From the UHGV virus genome UHGV-1364187: a DNA stretch of 64,000 nucleotides; one strand, written 5' to 3'. The DNA comes from a virus. Position numbers and translations under genes: made by a program. Positions 58,951-64,000 of the stretch are shown here, in pieces; the first letter of the stretch is position 1; the number at the start of each line of letters is the position of its first letter. The notes below the pieces were generated by a model. It ran no database searches, was not told where the DNA came from, and saw nothing but the letters and a program-made list of their open reading frames with translations.

Positions 58951-59772
58951 CTAATAACCATACACATCATAGTATGGTTGTTGATATTGTTGATTTAATG
59001 CTTGTTGTTGCATTAATACTTGTTCCTCATATGTTGCTTGTTCTTCTTGTTGTTTAATGATTTCTTGTGATTGAATAAATACATTCTCTTCACATTGATG
59101 ATCACTAGCTTCTACTTCTGGACTAATAATTTGCATTGGAGAATCATCAATAACTTCGACAGTAATACCATTACCATCTTCAAACAATGATGAACATAAT
59201 GTTTGTTCTCCAGTTTGTACTGCTTGAATTGCATCTTGTGGGTTTTCATATACATATTCTTTAAGTAAATCTTCTTTTGTTAATACTTTAGCAGCCTCTT
59301 TATGTTCTTTAGGTTGTTCTTCTACTTTTCCTTCAATAAGTTCTCCCCATTCTTTAATAGGTTTATCATTTGTAATTCCATTGATTAATCTTTCAAAATC
59401 ATATTTTAAATTTACAGATTGATTTAACATTTCAACATTAACAATCTTACCGTCTTTTGATACTGATAATTTTAAATCATTATCTCCATATTTAACTGAT
59501 ACTACACCATTATTTAATGAAATATTTTTATCTTTGTTTCTATTCTTTAATTCATTACAAAGAACAAATCCATATGATTCATTAATAGCAAAGTTTCTAA
59601 AACTTCTATAGCCTGATACAACTGCTGTTGTTAAATCTGCTAATAAAGAATTTCCTTTAATTGTAGCTGCACTTGTTGTAATTTGTACTTCGTGTGAAAC
59701 TTTACCTGCAATTATGCAAGCACCTTCACAAGTATCATTTACTACTTTCATTACATTGTCTAATAATTTCAT
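58951..59772 (-). CDS. Hypothetical protein of ~273 aa with a Gln-rich C-terminus.
   Basis: SD AAAGGAGATG, with the ATG taken 11 nt downstream. Confidence 0.65.
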   Translation of the reverse strand: MKLLDNVMKVVNDTCEGACIIAGKVSHEVQITTSAATIKGNSLLADLTTAVVSGYRSFRNFAINESYGFVLCNELKNRNKDKNISLNNGVVSVKYGDNDLKLSVSKDGKIVNVEMLNQSVNLKYDFERLINGITNDKPIKEWGELIEGKVEEQPKEHKEAAKVLTKEDLLKEYVYENPQDAIQAVQTGEQTLCSSLFEDGNGITVEVIDDSPMQIISPEVEASDHQCEENVFIQSQEIIKQQEEQATYEEQVLMQQQALNQQYQQPYYDVYGY

Positions 59773-59814
59773 TATAAACATCTCCTTTGAATATATTATG
59801 TATTGTTTATTTCA

Positions 59815-59838
59815 TATATATAATATATAATTGAAAAT
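59815..59838 (-). promoter_or_regulatory. Class-B promoter-like motif.
   Basis: ATATATAATATATAATTGAAAATT. Confidence 0.45.
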
Positions 59839-59859
59839 TGAAACTATGACAAAAATATG

Positions 59860-61428
59860 TCATAGTTTCTTTATTATAAATGCTGGTACTATATAAGCAG
59901 GTTTAATCATACATCCATTATATATTCCACTATTATCTATAAATGCTGGTATTTGTAAATTCTTTTTAGGAGTAAGTTCTTTAGATTTTGTTACTAATGT
60001 AAAATCATCTAAAGTTATTACATTATAGCTCTTAGCATATGTTTTAAATATATCTTTTTTACTATTAAAGAAATCTCTACATGATTTAAATCCTATATCT
60101 ACTATATCTATATATTTTGTATTATTGCCTCTTGTTCTACCTAAAGTTTGTCTCGCTAATACTTCTGATCTAAAAGGTTCGGCTAACATAATTGTCATTT
60201 GTAATCCTCGTATATCAGTTGCAGCTCCACAACTTTTAGTAGTACTAAGAATAATATCACATTGTAATTGGTCTTCTTTATTACCTTGAACTTTGGAATG
60301 ATATTTTCCAACACTCAGATTAGGATATTCATTTAATATCCAATTATATACATAGTCTATAGCATCTATAGTGGCTAAATATATAAGTGTCTTTCCATGT
60401 TTCATGGCTATATTAATTACTATTCTGAGCATATGAATGAAATTCTGTTGTTTACATACATAATTGGCATAATTTACAGAACTAAATCCTTTTCTAGTTC
60501 TGCAATTTTGTATATCTCTTGCTGTAGGTCTAGAATTATATTTAATTGCTATATAATCGGTATGTGGATCATTATCTCCATCAAACAAATCTATAGATGG
60601 GACATTTTTAAAGTAATAATTATATATTACATTCTCATCTCTACTACTTCTTGCTGGAGTAGCTGTAATATAGAATGTCTTATAAGTATTTGTATAGAAA
60701 TCTATTTTACAAATATTATCGAAGTTTAAATGTGCTTCATCATAAAATTTAAGTCCTATCTTCATAAATTTAAACAATTCTGTTATCTTATCCCATCCAT
60801 TCTTTTCACCATACGATCTTAATGTTGCATGTGTAGCCAATATATATTTATATTGAGATATATCTTTTTGTAATAACCTTACTATGGAACCAGAACCCTC
60901 TATAATATATATTTCATCAGATGATGTATTTGTATATTCCATTATACAATTTTTCCACTGTTCTATCCATCCACTAGAATTCATTATAAATATACTTCTC
61001 ATCTTATATAAAGTGGTAACAGCTATAGAGCAATATGTTTTACCTTTACCAGTATTAAGATTTAATGCAAGTTGAGAATACTTCTTTGTGAAATCATATT
61101 CCTTTACACCATACATAAATGCTATAGCTCTTTTTTGTATATCATCTCTTGGCATATATTTCATTTTAGATGGTTCTATATGATCATATTTATCTACATT
61201 TCTATCTATAGATGCATATGATTGAAACATATTTTCTAACATTGGAACATCTATTCCTCTTGGTAATATAAGCTGTTGAGTATCTTCTTTGTATTCCATT
61301 CCTTTAAAATATGAAGAGAATGTAATGTCATTCCAGAGACTGAACATATACTCAAGTTGTGGCATATCACAAAGTGTATATTTATTTATAACTATACTTG
61401 ATTGTCTTAATTGTATCTTGCTAGACAT
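59860..61428 (-). CDS. SF2 DEAD/DEAH-box helicase (ResIII/UvsW-like).
   Basis: Walker A LNLNTGKGKT, DEAH box FYDEAH, motif III ITATP, motif VI QTLGRTRG. Confidence 0.75.
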   Translation of the reverse strand: MSSKIQLRQSSIVINKYTLCDMPQLEYMFSLWNDITFSSYFKGMEYKEDTQQLILPRGIDVPMLENMFQSYASIDRNVDKYDHIEPSKMKYMPRDDIQKRAIAFMYGVKEYDFTKKYSQLALNLNTGKGKTYCSIAVTTLYKMRSIFIMNSSGWIEQWKNCIMEYTNTSSDEIYIIEGSGSIVRLLQKDISQYKYILATHATLRSYGEKNGWDKITELFKFMKIGLKFYDEAHLNFDNICKIDFYTNTYKTFYITATPARSSRDENVIYNYYFKNVPSIDLFDGDNDPHTDYIAIKYNSRPTARDIQNCRTRKGFSSVNYANYVCKQQNFIHMLRIVINIAMKHGKTLIYLATIDAIDYVYNWILNEYPNLSVGKYHSKVQGNKEDQLQCDIILSTTKSCGAATDIRGLQMTIMLAEPFRSEVLARQTLGRTRGNNTKYIDIVDIGFKSCRDFFNSKKDIFKTYAKSYNVITLDDFTLVTKSKELTPKKNLQIPAFIDNSGIYNGCMIKPAYIVPAFIIKKL

Positions 61429-61478
61429 ATATAAACACCTCCGTTTTTATTTATCTGTTATAAAATATATAAAAAATA

Positions 61479-61508
61479 AAAAGAAGAGAGTAGTACTCTC
61501 TTCTTTTT
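61479..61508 (-). terminator. Hairpin AAAAGAAGAGAGTA...TACTCTCTTCTTTT.
   Basis: 14-bp stem. Confidence 0.6.
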
Positions 61509-62452
61509 TAGTATAAGTTATCAAGTAAATAATCATATAGTATACTTAATATAATTGGTTTTATATAATCTTTAATACTTCCACATTCAAATAATGATTC
61601 GTCATAATTTGAGTTTATACATCTGCAATACATTGTAGCAACAATTCTATTAATACATTTGTATATATGTTCAACAAGATCATTAATACTATTAATATAC
61701 ATATTATCATGTAAATTAGTTTCGATTTTAATACCATATGAGTTATCTACTGTTGTGAATGATATAAAATTAAGTTTTGAACCATTATTATATAATGGTT
61801 CAAATATAATTATAGGATATAGTGATGTATCGAATAATAATGAAGAGAACATAATATCTAATTCTCTCTTATAACAATCATTCATATAATTAAAGAAATC
61901 ATATATATTGAATGTAGTCAATACACCATTACATATATTATTGTCTATATATTGTATAATTACGGATCTAATAAAATTTGTTCTTGAATCTAAATAATAA
62001 TCTGCAAACATATTCGCATCAATTTCATAGTCTATATTTTCATAATTATCTCTATAATTTTTATCATCTATTCCAGTTATTTCATATTTATTATTTTCCA
62101 TTTGCCATATATGTCTGCATTCATGTGCTAATGTATGAGCTAATCCTCTAATAAATATATGCATATTAAATCTTCTATGAAAATATATAATATTATTCAC
62201 AAAACAATCTATATTATATCTATCTTCATCTTCACTTGTTAGCATTCCTAATAAACCACCATTACTCATTTGTAACCCTTCATCATATAAAATGTATATA
62301 CATATAGGCTTCTTTGTTATATTCAATTCCGCAGTTAGATCATCTATAAATATCATACATAAGTCATATATTATTTTCTTTCTATCTGTAATAACGTTTG
62401 TAACTTGTATATTTTTATCAAATGTTGCTGGAATAACTGGCATTCTATCCAT
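61508..62452 (-). CDS. HExxH-motif protein of 314 aa with an MDRMPVIPATF N-terminus.
   Basis: LAHTLAHECRHIWQME. Confidence 0.6.
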   Translation of the reverse strand: MDRMPVIPATFDKNIQVTNVITDRKKIIYDLCMIFIDDLTAELNITKKPICIYILYDEGLQMSNGGLLGMLTSEDEDRYNIDCFVNNIIYFHRRFNMHIFIRGLAHTLAHECRHIWQMENNKYEITGIDDKNYRDNYENIDYEIDANMFADYYLDSRTNFIRSVIIQYIDNNICNGVLTTFNIYDFFNYMNDCYKRELDIMFSSLLFDTSLYPIIIFEPLYNNGSKLNFISFTTVDNSYGIKIETNLHDNMYINSINDLVEHIYKCINRIVATMYCRCINSNYDESLFECGSIKDYIKPIILSILYDYLLDNLY

Positions 62453-62457
62453 AATCT

Positions 62458-63450
62458 CTATCTCCTATCTGTAATATAACGATCAAATAATATATATAAT
62501 TCTCTTGTAAATGATACTATAAACGAATCTATGGATTGTAATAAAGCTACACATACAAATGAATCATCTTTACTAATTCCCTCATCGTATATAATTTCAG
62601 ATGCTATATCTATAATAGATGAAACAAATAATGATTTAGTATAGCTTATAATAGACTCTAAATCATAATTTATCTTGATATTACAATTGAATTTTATAAC
62701 GCATGTATCTCTATTTAAATTATAGTCTATTATATAATAGACATCGTTCTGATCTTCCAAATACCAATTTTGATAAGATATCATTGTGTCTATATTCATT
62801 TCATCAAGTATAGATTGAATGTAATATGAATTATTAGAGACATAATATATCCAATGTATTAAATCGAACTCTGGTATATTGTTATATACACTATTTATTA
62901 TAACACAATGGATTAGTCTATATATGATACCATCTAAATATAGTTTATTGATTATCTGATTTGTATAACTTTCTATATCAGCATTATATTCATCATCTTC
63001 TATAATATCATAACCATCTACATATTCACAACAAGTCCATCCATATCCGAATATATTTGTAAATTGATATATAGACCTCATTATCTTTATAAATGATGGA
63101 AGTATTTTGATAAGATATTCTTCTACAGATAACATACTATATTTATTATCTATACTATACATATTTATATATATTCTGAATGTGTCTTTCATATTAAAGT
63201 CTGATGGATATTCTATATCCATTTCATATTCATTGCTAGAATACACAAACTCCAACACAATTCTATCAGCTACATCGCTTAAATCTAGATCATATTCTAA
63301 TATAGGTTTTATCCTATATAGAAAGTCTCTCAATATACGAGTTCTATCTTGATATATTGTTGCTGGTGATATTAGTTTTTTATGTTCTTTGTGTATTTCT
63401 GCTGGTACTATTAAATTATATTCTTTACATATCTCTGCTGGTATAATCAT
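62458..63450 (-). CDS. Hypothetical protein of 330 aa. The N-terminus carries three tandem ~13-aa repeats: MIIPAEICKEYNL, IVPAEIHKEHKKL and ISPATIYQDRTR.
   Basis: ORF with SD AAAAGGAGGATTATATATG. A DNA direct repeat of ~39 nt at 63365..63450. Confidence 0.7.
   Translation of the reverse strand: MIIPAEICKEYNLIVPAEIHKEHKKLISPATIYQDRTRILRDFLYRIKPILEYDLDLSDVADRIVLEFVYSSNEYEMDIEYPSDFNMKDTFRIYINMYSIDNKYSMLSVEEYLIKILPSFIKIMRSIYQFTNIFGYGWTCCEYVDGYDIIEDDEYNADIESYTNQIINKLYLDGIIYRLIHCVIINSVYNNIPEFDLIHWIYYVSNNSYYIQSILDEMNIDTMISYQNWYLEDQNDVYYIIDYNLNRDTCVIKFNCNIKINYDLESIISYTKSLFVSSIIDIASEIIYDEGISKDDSFVCVALLQSIDSFIVSFTRELYILFDRYITDRR
63365..63450. repeat. Tandem direct repeat of ~39 nt, about 2.3 copies, each containing CTGCTGGTA.
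   Basis: TTTCTGCTGGTACTATTAAATTATATTCTTTACATATCTCTGCTGGTATAATCAT. Confidence 0.6.
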
Positions 63451-63481
63451 ATATAATCCTCCTTTTTAAAAGAGATGAAGA

Positions 63482-63997
63482 TTATTCTTCATCTCTTTTT
63501 ACTATCGTTGCTGGAACTACCATATCATTATTATATTTAACTTCTGTAGAATAATCCCCAGGAGCATTAATAAAATCATAATAGTTAACCATAAAGAATA
63601 AATCCATAAAACTTGGAGATCTCTTCTTAAATGTTGCTGCTGTATAAATAGCTCTCTTAGTTCTTTCATATGATAATGAGATAGCTACACTAGGATGATT
63701 ATTCAATGCTTTACTTAATGTCAAGATTGTATATCTGTTATTGTTAGGAATAGACCAATCTGGTTTTTCTAAGATTTCATCAGATTCAAGTCCAAGTCTA
63801 ATTTGATTTGCTATAATAACTTCACAGTGTATAGCATCTGTCTTTACATCACCCTCAATACATGTTTCAACAAATGTTTGGATTAATGAATCTATAGTAT
63901 GTTTAGATGTAACTTCGCTCTTATTGATAAGATTAGTTAATCTCTTAAGAGTATCAGCAAGACCATTATTTCTAATCTGCATCATAAATATATTCAT
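63482..63997 (-). CDS. Hypothetical protein of 171 aa ending in ...MVVPATIVKRDEE.
   Basis: ORF. Confidence 0.65.
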   Translation of the reverse strand: MNIFMMQIRNNGLADTLKRLTNLINKSEVTSKHTIDSLIQTFVETCIEGDVKTDAIHCEVIIANQIRLGLESDEILEKPDWSIPNNNRYTILTLSKALNNHPSVAISLSYERTKRAIYTAATFKKRSPSFMDLFFMVNYYDFINAPGDYSTEVKYNNDMVVPATIVKRDEE

Positions 63998-64000
63998 TTC

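Noticed and set aside
1-64000. CRISPR arrays, rRNA, integrase or att sites.
   Set aside because: No regularly spaced direct repeats, rRNA-like GC-rich blocks or recombinase motifs were found.

Overview
This 64 kb window is a very AT-rich (roughly 28% GC) double-stranded DNA phage segment. It is densely coding on both strands, with AGGAGG-type Shine-Dalgarno sites and many A-tract/hairpin/T-tract terminators, which points to a large virulent phage of a low-GC Gram-positive host. Calls made from motifs visible in the protein translations: (1) the N-terminal fragment of a multisubunit RNA polymerase beta-prime (33106..34551 plus 35918..36115), interrupted inside the catalytic DFDGD motif by a ~1.37 kb group-I-like intron that carries a frameshifted HNH homing endonuclease; (2) a GroEL-family chaperonin (GDGTTS motif); (3) a T4 gp21-like prohead protease, next to an acidic scaffold-like protein and a putative major capsid protein; (4) a gp25-like baseplate wedge protein; (5) an SF2 DEAH helicase; (6) a zinc-ribbon/TOPRIM primase; (7) a Nudix hydrolase; (8) an inactive M16-like protein; and (9) three HExxH proteins. 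The most unusual region is 3.8-14.5 kb. It is an array of ten separately punctuated genes: the first five carry a near-identical ~40-nt upstream cassette, and most genes are separated by hairpins that show compensatory stem changes. The encoded proteins (including a three-member paralog family, one copy decayed) have conserved N-terminal hydrophobic-x-Glu motifs reminiscent of T4 capsid-targeting/prohead-protease cleavage sites. Other points of interest: a second conserved non-sigma70-like promoter motif (core ATTATATATTAT, then 3-4 nt, then (A/T)(G/T)TG(T/A)AA) in front of many genes; a recurrent terminal peptide motif (I/V)(I/V)PA(T/E)I..KE on at least eight proteins and micro-ORFs; two promoter-to-terminator units with no substantial ORF (a 30-aa Tyr-rich peptide and a ~210-nt candidate small RNA); and several decayed accessory genes. 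No rRNA, tRNA or CRISPR array was recognised. All functional calls come from motif-level reading of the sequence and need a database search to confirm.
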